Source: Pseudomonadota bacterium (GTDB lineage: Bacteria; Pseudomonadota; Gammaproteobacteria; Burkholderiales; Burkholderiaceae_D). From it: DNA of 10,588 nucleotides. Shown here one piece after another: positions 1 to 6,904 of the stretch. Location of the stretch: assembly GCA_040384645.1 (NCBI GenBank), contig JAZKIX010000205.1:927-11514 (forward strand), given 5' to 3'. The position numbers were made by a program, and so were the translations under genes. How positions within the stretch are numbered: position 1 is the stretch's first letter; each line of letters begins with the position of its first letter. The notes beneath the pieces were generated by a model. That model worked only from the letters and a program-made list of their open reading frames with translations, had not been told where the DNA came from and searched no databases.

Positions 1-129
1 CATTATTTCGAAAAAATTTGCCTGATTCCACACAAAAAAATGCTGCCTTCTTCATATGCGGGCCGCATTGTCCATGTCTGAAGTTCCCATCCATCCATTA
101 ACAAGCGATCAAGATGCGCGCGTCAAGCC

Positions 130-1134
130 TCAATGCACAATAGCGATCTTGCCAAAATGTCGTCCGCCAGCGCTGAGTTCGGCATACGCTGCGCCCGTAT
201 TGTCGATGTCGAAAACACGGTCGATCACCGGCACGATACGGTGGGCGGCGATGGCGCGGGCGGCGTCTGCCAGGTCGGCTACAGAACCGGTATTGTTGCC
301 GACGATGCGCAACGACTTGACGATGATCGGCAGCAGGTCGATTGAAATTGCCGTGCCGGTCACGAAGCCTACGGTAAATACGGTGCCGCCGACCGCTGCC
401 GCATTCAGCGAGCGTGCGATGGTTGCGCTGCCGACGGTTTCCACCACCAGGTCGGCGCCGCGTCCATCGGTCAGTTTCAGCACTGCCTCGTCCCATGCCG
501 GCGTGGCGCGGTAGTTGATCAAGTGATCGGCACCGATCTGACGTGCGCGTTCCAGCTTTTCGTCGGATGACGAAGCGATGATGACGGTGGCGCCCGATGC
601 CTTGGCAAATTGCAGGGCAAAGATGCTGACGCCGCCGGTGCCCAGCAATACCACCACCGAGCCGGGACGAATTTGAGCCGAGCGCACCGCATTCCAGGCC
701 GTGGTTGCGGCAATGGGCAGCGCCGCGCCTTGGGCGAAATCGAGGTGCGCCGGCAGCGCCACCAGACTGCCGGCGGGAACTGCCACGTATTCGGCCAGCG
801 AGCCCGGCAGCGTGACGCCACGCATCGCAGCCACGTTGCGCGGCGTGATGGCGCCGCCCTGCCAGTGCGGCATGAAGTGCGGGATCACGCGTTCGCCAAC
901 GGTGATGCCGCTGACGCCTTCGCCCAAGGCGGCGACTTCACCGGCGCCATCGGCGACCGGAATCATTGGAAAACTGGCGCCGGGGAAGTTGCCGGTCGCA
1001 ATCGCCACGTCGAGGAAATTGAGCGTAGCGGCACGCAGGCGCACCAGCACTTCGCCACGACAGGCAATCGGGTCGGGCAACTCGGTCTGGCGAAAGGCAT
1101 TGAGATTGGGTGCGGTAAGTTGGATCGCTTTCAT
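130..1134 (-). CDS. Medium-chain dehydrogenase/reductase (MDR) superfamily protein, quinone oxidoreductase / zinc-independent alcohol dehydrogenase-like, 335 aa from ATG at 1134
   Basis: Track ORF 130..1221 starts at an upstream TTG. The internal ATG at 1134 gives MKAIQLTAPN..., a typical N-terminus for this family. The Rossmann motif VLLGTGGVSIFALQFAKASGATVI is followed by an acidic residue pattern (SSDEKLERARQIGADHLINY) as in NAD(P)-binding MDRs. Where the Zn-ligand GHEGAG motif would sit there is PVADGAGEV, so I call it the zinc-free Qor/zeta-crystallin type. The stop TGA is at 130-132. A weak GAGA-type RBS lies upstream of 1134. Confidence 0.85.
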   Translation of the reverse strand: MKAIQLTAPNLNAFRQTELPDPIACRGEVLVRLRAATLNFLDVAIATGNFPGASFPMIPVADGAGEVAALGEGVSGITVGERVIPHFMPHWQGGAITPRNVAAMRGVTLPGSLAEYVAVPAGSLVALPAHLDFAQGAALPIAATTAWNAVRSAQIRPGSVVVLLGTGGVSIFALQFAKASGATVIIASSSDEKLERARQIGADHLINYRATPAWDEAVLKLTDGRGADLVVETVGSATIARSLNAAAVGGTVFTVGFVTGTAISIDLLPIIVKSLRIVGNNTGSVADLADAARAIAAHRIVPVIDRVFDIDNTGAAYAELSAGGRHFGKIAIVH

Positions 1135-1239
1135 GATCTGTTCTCTAAAATGAAATAAGGGTTGAGGGGGGTAATCACTGTGCAAGAAGAAATACACGGC
1201 CTCAGTTTCATTTAAAATCAACGAGAGATAAACTATGCT

Positions 1240-1256
1240 TTGATTGATATATTCAA
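1240..1256. promoter_or_regulatory. Candidate LysR-type regulator binding dyad TTGATTGATATATTCAA (TTGA-N9-TCAA) in the divergent promoter region
   Basis: A 4-bp-arm inverted repeat with AT-rich spacer sits 16 bp upstream of the lysR-family start and about 106 bp upstream of the divergent oxidoreductase start. This is the classical position and architecture (T-N11-A type dyad) for LTTR autoregulatory/activation sites. Assigned by position and pattern only. Confidence 0.35.
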
Positions 1257-1271
1257 CAGTAGGGGTTGCAA

Positions 1272-2150
1272 ATGCATTTGCTCGACAGCATGAAGGTATT
1301 TGTTTTGGCGGTCGAAAAAGGCAGTCTCAGCGCGGCCGCCGGGGCCTGCGATATTTCGGCAACGATGGCTGGCAACCACTTGCGCATGCTTGAAAAACGC
1401 TTAGGCATGCAATTGCTCAACCGCACCACTAGGCGCCAGCATCTGACTGCTTTCGGCGAGGATTACTACGCGCGCTGCAAGGAAATCCTCAGGCTGGTGG
1501 CCGAAACCGATGTGCAAGCGCAGAACCTGCAACTGGCGCCGGCAGGGAAATTGCGCATCAGCGCACCGGTCAGCTTCGGCACCGAAGCCTTGATGCCCGC
1601 CTTGTCGGAGTATCTGGATCGTTATCCCGAGGTCAGCGTCGATGTCGCCCTATGCGACCGCGTGGTCGATCTGGTGGAAGAAGGTTTCGAGGCGGCGATC
1701 CGTATCGGCCAGTTGCCAGATTCGGCATTGATCGCCAAGCCGCTGGCGCCTTATCGGCTGATGATTTGCGCCTCGCCCGACTATCTGGCACGCAAAGGCA
1801 CGCCAAGCAAGCCGGACGACCTGAGCGACCACGAATGTCTGTCTTTCTCGCCCGTAGTGCTGACGCACTGGCGCCTGACCAATCAGGATGACACTTGGCG
1901 CGTTCCGGTCGCTGGCCGCTTGCAGGTCAATCACGGACAGGCTTTGCGGGTGGCGGCATTGCATGGTATGGGCATCGTATTGCAGCCCGCAATCTTGCTG
2001 GAGGCAGACGTTAAAGCCGGTCGTCTGGTTCAGCTATTCCCCGATCATGCACTCGCTAGCCGGCCAATGAGCGTGGTCTACCTGCCGGACCGGTATCGCT
2101 CGCCCAAGCTGCGTAGCTTTGTAGATTTTATGGTGGAACGGTTCAAGTGA
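1272..2150 (+). CDS. LysR family transcriptional regulator (LTTR), about 292 aa
   Basis: The N-terminal HTH region (MHLLDSMKVFVLAVEKGSLSAAAGACDISATMAGNHLRMLEKRLGMQLLNRTTRRQHLTAFGEDYY) matches the LTTR signature (M..F..V...GSFSAAA....S....LE..LG..LF.R..R...LT..G). The C-terminal substrate-binding-like domain is of the usual length. The track start 1266 is TTG. The ATG at 1272 has an AGGGG SD about 9 nt upstream. The gene is divergent from a metabolic gene, as is typical. Confidence 0.9.
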   Translation: MHLLDSMKVFVLAVEKGSLSAAAGACDISATMAGNHLRMLEKRLGMQLLNRTTRRQHLTAFGEDYYARCKEILRLVAETDVQAQNLQLAPAGKLRISAPVSFGTEALMPALSEYLDRYPEVSVDVALCDRVVDLVEEGFEAAIRIGQLPDSALIAKPLAPYRLMICASPDYLARKGTPSKPDDLSDHECLSFSPVVLTHWRLTNQDDTWRVPVAGRLQVNHGQALRVAALHGMGIVLQPAILLEADVKAGRLVQLFPDHALASRPMSVVYLPDRYRSPKLRSFVDFMVERFK

Positions 2151-2235
2151 TTTGCTGGCGCTCGCAGTGATAACTCGCTGCAGCGACACCCCCGTGCAAC
2201 TTTAAACACATCACCATTTGCAGCAATGAAATCGA

Positions 2236-2270
2236 TTAAAAAAATGTCGGAACAGCCTGCTTACTGTTCC
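2236..2270 (-). terminator. Putative rho-independent terminator for the SPFH gene (hairpin GGAACAG-N8-CTGTTCC overlapping the stop codon, then T-run on the minus strand)
   Basis: A 7-bp perfect inverted repeat at 2249-2255 / 2264-2270 has an 8-nt loop that contains the TAA stop (2261-2263). On the minus strand it is followed, after GAC, by a TTTTTTT run (plus A-run 2237-2243). On the plus strand the same hairpin is preceded by the A-run, so bidirectional function toward the convergent lysR-family gene is possible. Confidence 0.35.
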
Positions 2271-3802
2271 AAATCATCGCGCAATTTGAACGGCACCAGT
2301 TGTTTAAGCAGTCCTTCTAGTCCGCCATAAACATTCAAATGCTCGATCTTCTCGGTGATTTTTTCCAGCGTCTCTAGTTCCTTTAGCCGCAACGCCACCG
2401 GATTGTCTTCCATCACCTTGGCAGTATTCATCAGCGAGCGCGTGGCTGCCGTTTCTTCGCGGCGGCGAATCACATTGGCTTGGGCCGCTTTTTCTGCTTC
2501 CACTACCTTTCCTAATATAGTTTTTATTTCGCCAGGCAAGATCAAATCCTTGATGCCGAGGCTAATCATCTCAATCCCTTGCAACGCTGCTTTTTGCTTC
2601 ATATAACCGAGAATTTGTTCATCGGTTTCATTTTTATTTTCGAGCAAGCCATCCAAGGTCCGGCTACCGATTGCTGCGCGTAAAGCGAATTGAATTTCTT
2701 TATAAATGAAGTCCTTATAGTCGGAGAGACTAGACAGCGTCAGACGGCTATCGACTATTTTGTAACCCGCCGTCACGTTGACGCGAAGCTGTACTTTGTC
2801 TTGCGTCAGCATTTCCTGTCCCGTTATTTCTACCACCATCAGCCGCGTGTCGACTGTCGTCAACGAGAGGCGCTTACCGCCATGCCAATATAGATAAAAA
2901 CCCGGCTCCAACATGGATTGAAATACACCATCAACATAAAACAAGCCGACGTGCTCAGAAGGAATTTCATAACTCGAGACAAAAGGCGCCAGCAATTTTT
3001 CTGTGGCCTGAGTACTACGCATGGCGACGACGATATGGGTTTCGACCGGCTTTGGCGCTTGGTCGAGTGCGATCAATTCTGCCCGCAAATCTTTGCTGGC
3101 CAAAAGCTGGCCAGCCGCAGCCGACACCTGTATCAACTCTTTTTTATCCCACCACACGGCCAACTGTTTATCACCGGTTTCGACGCAACTGAGCTGCTCT
3201 GTCAGTGCCGGATGATTGCTGGTCAGGATGGCTTGCACGACATCCTTTGCCTCGATCACCTGCGATTGGCGCAGAATGATGAGCTTGGTTTTTGGCAGTA
3301 CGTCGAAGTAGGCATGACGTCCCGGCGACAGAAAATCGCTGAAAATTTCTTCTACAAATAGCAAACCAAAGGCACCAGCGGGAACTACTATCTGTTTGAC
3401 GCAACCGACCGAGACCCCCACAGCTAATTTGGCCAACCATTCCGCTGGCACTTTTAGGTCTGCACTGACGACAGTTCGATATATTTCTAGCGGTAGATCT
3501 TTTTTCCAAAACGCCTGTAAGGAATTGGGTAAAACAAAATGGCGCTGTTGGCCTGCGCAGACTAGTGCCACCTGATCAATTCCGGTACGGATGATTTCCA
3601 GATGCGCGCTTATCTCGGCAGAATGCGCCGACACCAACCATTCCAGATTGGCGACATTAGCGGGGAAATCGGCCAGATTACATACCTGAACCGTCTTGGA
3701 CGAAGGCAAGATATAGCGACCGCTTTCGAGTATTTTTTCAAAGCCGGTACGGGTATGGACCAAGCCAACTTGGCGGTCTTGAATGAGGTGCCGTTTGAGC
3801 AT
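2261..3802 (-). CDS. SPFH / band-7 (stomatin-prohibitin-flotillin-HflK/C) domain protein with an N-terminal extension of about 270 aa, 513 aa total
   Basis: The C-terminal half has the SPFH pattern: HVGLFYVDGVFQSMLEPGFYLYW ... TVDTRLMVVEITGQEMLTQDKVQLRVNVTAGYKIVD ... ISLGIKDLILPGEIKTILGKVVEAEKAAQANVIRRREETAA. It is followed by a coiled-coil-like acidic tail, as in slipins. The N-terminal segment QVGLVHTRTGFEKILESGRYILP weakly repeats the same opening motif, so a degenerate second SPFH-like repeat is possible. The ATG at 3802 has an AGGA SD 7 nt upstream. GC content is visibly lower than in flanking genes. Confidence 0.8.
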   Translation of the reverse strand: MLKRHLIQDRQVGLVHTRTGFEKILESGRYILPSSKTVQVCNLADFPANVANLEWLVSAHSAEISAHLEIIRTGIDQVALVCAGQQRHFVLPNSLQAFWKKDLPLEIYRTVVSADLKVPAEWLAKLAVGVSVGCVKQIVVPAGAFGLLFVEEIFSDFLSPGRHAYFDVLPKTKLIILRQSQVIEAKDVVQAILTSNHPALTEQLSCVETGDKQLAVWWDKKELIQVSAAAGQLLASKDLRAELIALDQAPKPVETHIVVAMRSTQATEKLLAPFVSSYEIPSEHVGLFYVDGVFQSMLEPGFYLYWHGGKRLSLTTVDTRLMVVEITGQEMLTQDKVQLRVNVTAGYKIVDSRLTLSSLSDYKDFIYKEIQFALRAAIGSRTLDGLLENKNETDEQILGYMKQKAALQGIEMISLGIKDLILPGEIKTILGKVVEAEKAAQANVIRRREETAATRSLMNTAKVMEDNPVALRLKELETLEKITEKIEHLNVYGGLEGLLKQLVPFKLRDDLEQ

Positions 3803-4084
3803 TAGAATCCTGTTAAATACCCTCGCGGGAGCCTTCCCCGCATCACAACGGATGGCAGGATCGGATCGACGCGGCCGTTTCGTCCCGCATACGCTCGATA
3901 TCGAAGGCGCACCCTAAGCACAGGCCGTCCTTGGCTATCGTTAATACATTGGGTAAAAACACCGGGCCAAACCAAAAGAACAACCATACAAAGCCGTGAC
4001 GCGTTGTTTAAACCAATCGGGCTCGATCGATTGAGTCCGACTGCCAAAAACAGGAAATTGGCTCCCTTGAGGGATGCTGCATCG

Positions 4085-4240
4085 ATACAAATTATAGGAA
4101 TCGAACCTATTGCTACCGGGTGTTTAGGCCGATGCTCTACCAGAGTTTTCAAACGAGGTGCGTAGTTCAGGACTCGAACCTGAAAGTTGTCGATTGATGC
4201 GGTACACAAACGGGCAGAGCCCATTGCGCCAGCCTGAACT
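4085..4240 (-). other. Two tRNA T-arm-like hairpins with acceptor-like 3' tails, 73 nt apart, in a long non-coding gap; no complete cloverleaf (tRNA relics or structured element)
   Basis: On the minus strand the first hairpin reads ATAGG-TTCGATT-CCTAT (plus 4094-4110). The second reads TTCAGG-TTCGAGT-CCTGAA followed by ACTACGCACC (plus 4157-4184). Both loops match the tRNA T-loop GGTTCGAnTCC consensus. A TGGTAGAGCA D-loop-like segment lies between them. I could not pair acceptor stems (a 5' strand GCGTAGT or ACAAATT would be needed and is absent). The D arm is truncated. The best anticodon stem has a mismatch. I therefore call these fragments, not genes. Confidence 0.3.
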
Positions 4241-4529
4241 CAAGAGTCAGAACCGCTGCAGCCAATCAACGAAGCTTCCACCATGGAAACGCCGGGCAAG
4301 TATAGCGCAGGGCAATATCCAAAAGCCAATAAACCTTATGTTGTGGGCAGTGCTGGCTTGACGTCACTCACCCTGAATCCATAGAAGTCGGACGGGGCTT
4401 GCCCATCCCGCTGGTTTCTCATGCCAAGAAAATAAGTGCCGACACTTTCATGCAATTTGATTCAATTGATTGGGCCGGCAACCTTGAGCTAGCTGCTTCA
4501 GAACCTGGCGATCATTGCTGCTTTTTTGC

Positions 4530-5906
4530 TTAAAACTGTACGACACTCTCAAAAGTCGGGCCAAAAGCCCCGCAATAGACCGGCAAGTTCGCCATCGATT
4601 CCAGCCTTGCAAGGAAGGCTCGCGGTATCGTGATCAATCCTGCCTCATACCTTGGCTGCGCTTTGAAAAGAGACTGGGTCAATGCGGCTTGGTGGCCCAG
4701 ATCCCCCATTAGCCCATGGCGCAAGCCAGTCACTAAACCTGTCGTACTGTCGCGAACCAGCGTCGCATCTGTGGCATCGGTAGGCGCAATCTCATAACCC
4801 TGGCACCAGCGCAGTCCCGGCAAGCGATCGAATACATCGAGATGGCTGACCAGCAAGCCATCCAATTTTCCGGCGACCGCCATCGCATATCGCAATAAAA
4901 TCGCATCAGGATGGCCGCGTCGAAACTTGCCCTGCCAGCCGTCCGAACCGTTATGCGGTTCTGGCAGGCTGTCCAGGCTGGCATCCCATGTTGGCAAAGG
5001 GCCGCAACCGTGCCGTGTCAGGTAGGAGCGCAGAACGCCAAAATGTTGAACCATGGCGGTTTGTCCAGCGTCGGCCAAAACTGCTTCAACTGCTGATGGG
5101 TGGATGCTGCTCCAGGTGGTATGCGGATGAAAGCCGCGCCATTCGTCGAGCAAGATACCCTGTGCGCCCTCGAAAATAACTGTCCCCGGCAAGTGCAGAC
5201 GTTGCGCAATAAGCGGTTGCTGTGCAGGCACAACTTGAAGCGTCAATGCACCTACTCGCTCAAGCCAGCGTCGCGAGATTGAAGCGTCGTTTAATACCTG
5301 CCATTCTGTCGCAAAGGCTTGCTGCATTTGGACATGGCTGGGGGCTGGCGCAGCGATATTTTCCAGTTCGCGCAGCAATGTGGTGCGGATGACTTCAAGC
5401 TTATCCAGGGCAAGTATCGGATTTAACAAGTCGGCGTAGCGCAATATCTGCCCCGGATGATCTAGGCTGTGGCGCACCGTTTCGCCCACGCCGACGCCAC
5501 AAGTGCCGTGCGCACCCTGCCCGCGCGCCAATTCCCGCAACCGCCCGGCGGCCTGATGGAACGGTGTAGTGACACGGCAGCGCGCATCAATCATCAATCT
5601 CTGCAAGCCGTCAGCGACGCCGGCGCGCTGCAGAAATTCATTTTCAATCAAGAGTGCGGTGGGATGCACGACAACCGGATACGCCAGCAGCGTCACCACG
5701 TCAGGTACAAAAGTAGCCGCGCCGAACTGCGAAAACGTGTGATGACGCCCATCCGGCAACACGACATTGTGTCCAGCCTGGGCGCCGCCGTTAAAACGCA
5801 CCACGGTATGGGCTTGCCAATGACGGCACAGATAATCAGTAAACAGACCCTTGCCGCAATCGCCGAAAGCAAGCCCCAACAACGAGATAAACCGGGTCGA
5901 ATTCAT
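4530..5906 (-). CDS. Adenylosuccinate synthetase (PurA) family protein, divergent paralogue with non-canonical P-loop, about 458 aa from ATG at 5906
   Basis: Collinear matches to PurA motifs, with our sequence listed first and the PurA consensus in brackets. LLGLAFGDCGKG [QWGDEGKGK]. VRFNGGAQAGHNVV [RFQGGHNAGHTVV]. GTCGVGVGE [TGRGIGPAYEDK]. IFEGAQGILLDEWRGFHPHTTWS [[23 protein letters not shown]]. TTGLVTGLRHGLMGD [TTGRxRRxGWLD]. GKLD [KLD/SKLD]. VLRSYLTRHGCGPLPT [KAYTTRVGEGPFPTE]. The track start 5978 would overlap the upstream gene by 62 nt. The ATG at 5906 puts the P-loop at residues 15-20 as in PurA and leaves a 10-nt gap after the vWA gene stop (5917-5919). The stop TAA is at 4530-4532. 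Confidence 0.8.
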   Translation of the reverse strand: MNSTRFISLLGLAFGDCGKGLFTDYLCRHWQAHTVVRFNGGAQAGHNVVLPDGRHHTFSQFGAATFVPDVVTLLAYPVVVHPTALLIENEFLQRAGVADGLQRLMIDARCRVTTPFHQAAGRLRELARGQGAHGTCGVGVGETVRHSLDHPGQILRYADLLNPILALDKLEVIRTTLLRELENIAAPAPSHVQMQQAFATEWQVLNDASISRRWLERVGALTLQVVPAQQPLIAQRLHLPGTVIFEGAQGILLDEWRGFHPHTTWSSIHPSAVEAVLADAGQTAMVQHFGVLRSYLTRHGCGPLPTWDASLDSLPEPHNGSDGWQGKFRRGHPDAILLRYAMAVAGKLDGLLVSHLDVFDRLPGLRWCQGYEIAPTDATDATLVRDSTTGLVTGLRHGLMGDLGHQAALTQSLFKAQPRYEAGLITIPRAFLARLESMANLPVYCGAFGPTFESVVQF

Positions 5907-5916
5907 ATGCCGCCGA

Positions 5917-6894
5917 TCAGCCGAATAAACGACGCCACCAGGTCGATTGTCCTTGCCCCGTGGTCGCTGTACCGGCATGGATCCGGTTATTAGCGTTCGG
6001 ATCGATCAGCTCGGCATAAGGCTGCAATACGCGGATCACGGCCGAGGCACGTTCGCCGCTGACACCATTGCCCTGCAAGGTATGCGCCAAGGTTGCCAGG
6101 TCGGGGATGGCGCGCTCGGTCAGGCCGACGATGGATGCGGCGACCGCACAAGCATCCTCGGGCGATTCCATGCAAATCACATTGTCGCCAAGTAGGTCGC
6201 GCCAGCGCCGCTCGCATTTTTGACGCCGTTGCAAGTCGGGGATCAGGAAGAATAAATGATAGGTTTCGGCTGCTGCAGCGATCACTTCTTCGATCGGAAT
6301 ATCTTCGTCGAGCTTTTCACCGATTAAAGCCTCGATCTGATGCCGCGATACTGCCGGATACGGCAGTTCATCGCCGGTCATGAACAGGTAACCGCGCTTT
6401 TTACGCTTTTCCCAACATTCCAGATCGGTGTGCTGGGCTAGCATGTAAAAGGCCAGCTCATAACTTTCTGAACCCGTGCCACCACCGCCGCCTTCCAGAA
6501 AACTCCAGGTCAACCATTGATCCATCAGCTCGGCTGTCGATTCAAATTGCCCCACCTGGAGCGGTGCATTGTCCGACGTGGCATCGCCGATAGCCATGAA
6601 CAGCAACTGCGGATCAGGGATGCCGCAGGCGGTCAACAGCTTCATAAAAGTCGGCAATTCTTGGGTCGCTAATATTTTGGGGATATCGCCCATCGAACCG
6701 GTTACATCGAGCGCAAAAACAATCCCAAGCGACGCCGGATGATCGGCGCTATCGCGCGATTCACGCATCTTCACGCCGCGTGGATCCATCAGTGGATGAC
6801 ATCGATGTTGGGTAAATACCTCGCCATAGGATGCAGAAGAACGGTCGGCGATGAGGGCAGCATGTGCGGCGTGCGAGTAATTTCCGTGTCCCAT
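5917..6894 (-). CDS. von Willebrand factor type A (vWA) domain protein, TerY-like, about 325 aa from ATG at 6894
   Basis: MIDAS motif IVFALDVTGSMGD (DxTGS). Downstream GDATSD and FMTGDE loops are consistent with the MIDAS Thr and Asp positions. A GGGGG linker is present. The track start 7098 would overlap the upstream gene. The ATG at 6894 (MGHGNYSH...) is preceded by AAGGAA, which sits directly after the upstream TAA stop (6905-6907), a 10-nt gap suggesting translational coupling. Confidence 0.75.
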   Translation of the reverse strand: MGHGNYSHAAHAALIADRSSASYGEVFTQHRCHPLMDPRGVKMRESRDSADHPASLGIVFALDVTGSMGDIPKILATQELPTFMKLLTACGIPDPQLLFMAIGDATSDNAPLQVGQFESTAELMDQWLTWSFLEGGGGGTGSESYELAFYMLAQHTDLECWEKRKKRGYLFMTGDELPYPAVSRHQIEALIGEKLDEDIPIEEVIAAAAETYHLFFLIPDLQRRQKCERRWRDLLGDNVICMESPEDACAVAASIVGLTERAIPDLATLAHTLQGNGVSGERASAVIRVLQPYAELIDPNANNRIHAGTATTGQGQSTWWRRLFG

Positions 6895-6904
6895 ATGGTT
6901 CCTT

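Noticed and set aside
1-129. Possible terminator downstream of the oxidoreductase gene (ATGCGG-G-CCGCAT, then a T7 run about 17 nt later on the minus strand)
   Set aside because: The stem would have a 1-3 nt loop and is separated from the T-run by about 17 nt, so it is not a convincing intrinsic terminator.
56-1158. Track ORFs 56..514(+), 98..496(-), 133..345(+), 519..821(-), 610..1158(+), 701..1153(+) overlapping the oxidoreductase gene
   Set aside because: Arg/Ala/Pro-rich shadow ORFs typical of high-GC coding DNA read in wrong frames. No motifs or RBS. Fully contained in a well-supported gene.
1650-2070. ORFs 1650..1964(-), 1652..1891(+), 1888..2070(+) inside the lysR-family gene
   Set aside because: Shadow ORFs of the regulator gene with low-complexity Arg-rich translations.
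2159-2186. 12-bp palindrome TCGCTGCAGCGA and nearby CGCTCGCAG repeat after the lysR-family gene
   Set aside because: Short, GC-rich, likely chance. The near-repeat is direct rather than inverted, so no hairpin forms. The better terminator candidate is the hairpin at 2249-2270.
2355-3805. Plus-strand ORFs 2355..2606, 2690..2893, 2918..3361, 3021..3215, 3602..3805 and minus 3171..3509 within the SPFH gene
   Set aside because: All are antisense or out-of-frame to a gene with a clear domain signature; no independent support.
3802-4361. ORFs 3802..4224(-) 140 aa and 4158..4361(+) 67 aa in the non-coding gap
   Set aside because: They run straight through the tRNA-like hairpins, start at GTG or ATG without an SD, and have no recognisable motifs. 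More likely chance frames in a non-coding region.
4359-4366. TGACGTCA 8-bp palindrome (CRE-like / AatII site)
   Set aside because: A single short palindrome with no partner copies; chance level in 10 kb.
3803-4529. tmRNA (ssrA), RNase P RNA or an intact tRNA gene in the gap
   Set aside because: I looked for the tmRNA 5' GGGG/3' CCACCA acceptor pair and a tag reading frame ending in ALAA. I looked for RNase P motifs GGAAAGTCCGGGCTCC and ACAGAACCCGGCTTA. I looked for pairable tRNA acceptor stems. None are present; only T-arm-like hairpins are. This needs covariance-model confirmation.
4515-5993. ORFs 4515..4712(+), 4733..4984(-), 4911..5096(+), 4988..5179(+), 5018..5233(-), 5100..5282(+), 5469..5993(+) overlapping the PurA-like gene
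   Set aside because: Shadow or wrong-frame ORFs. The minus-strand frame with collinear PurA motifs is the only one with support.
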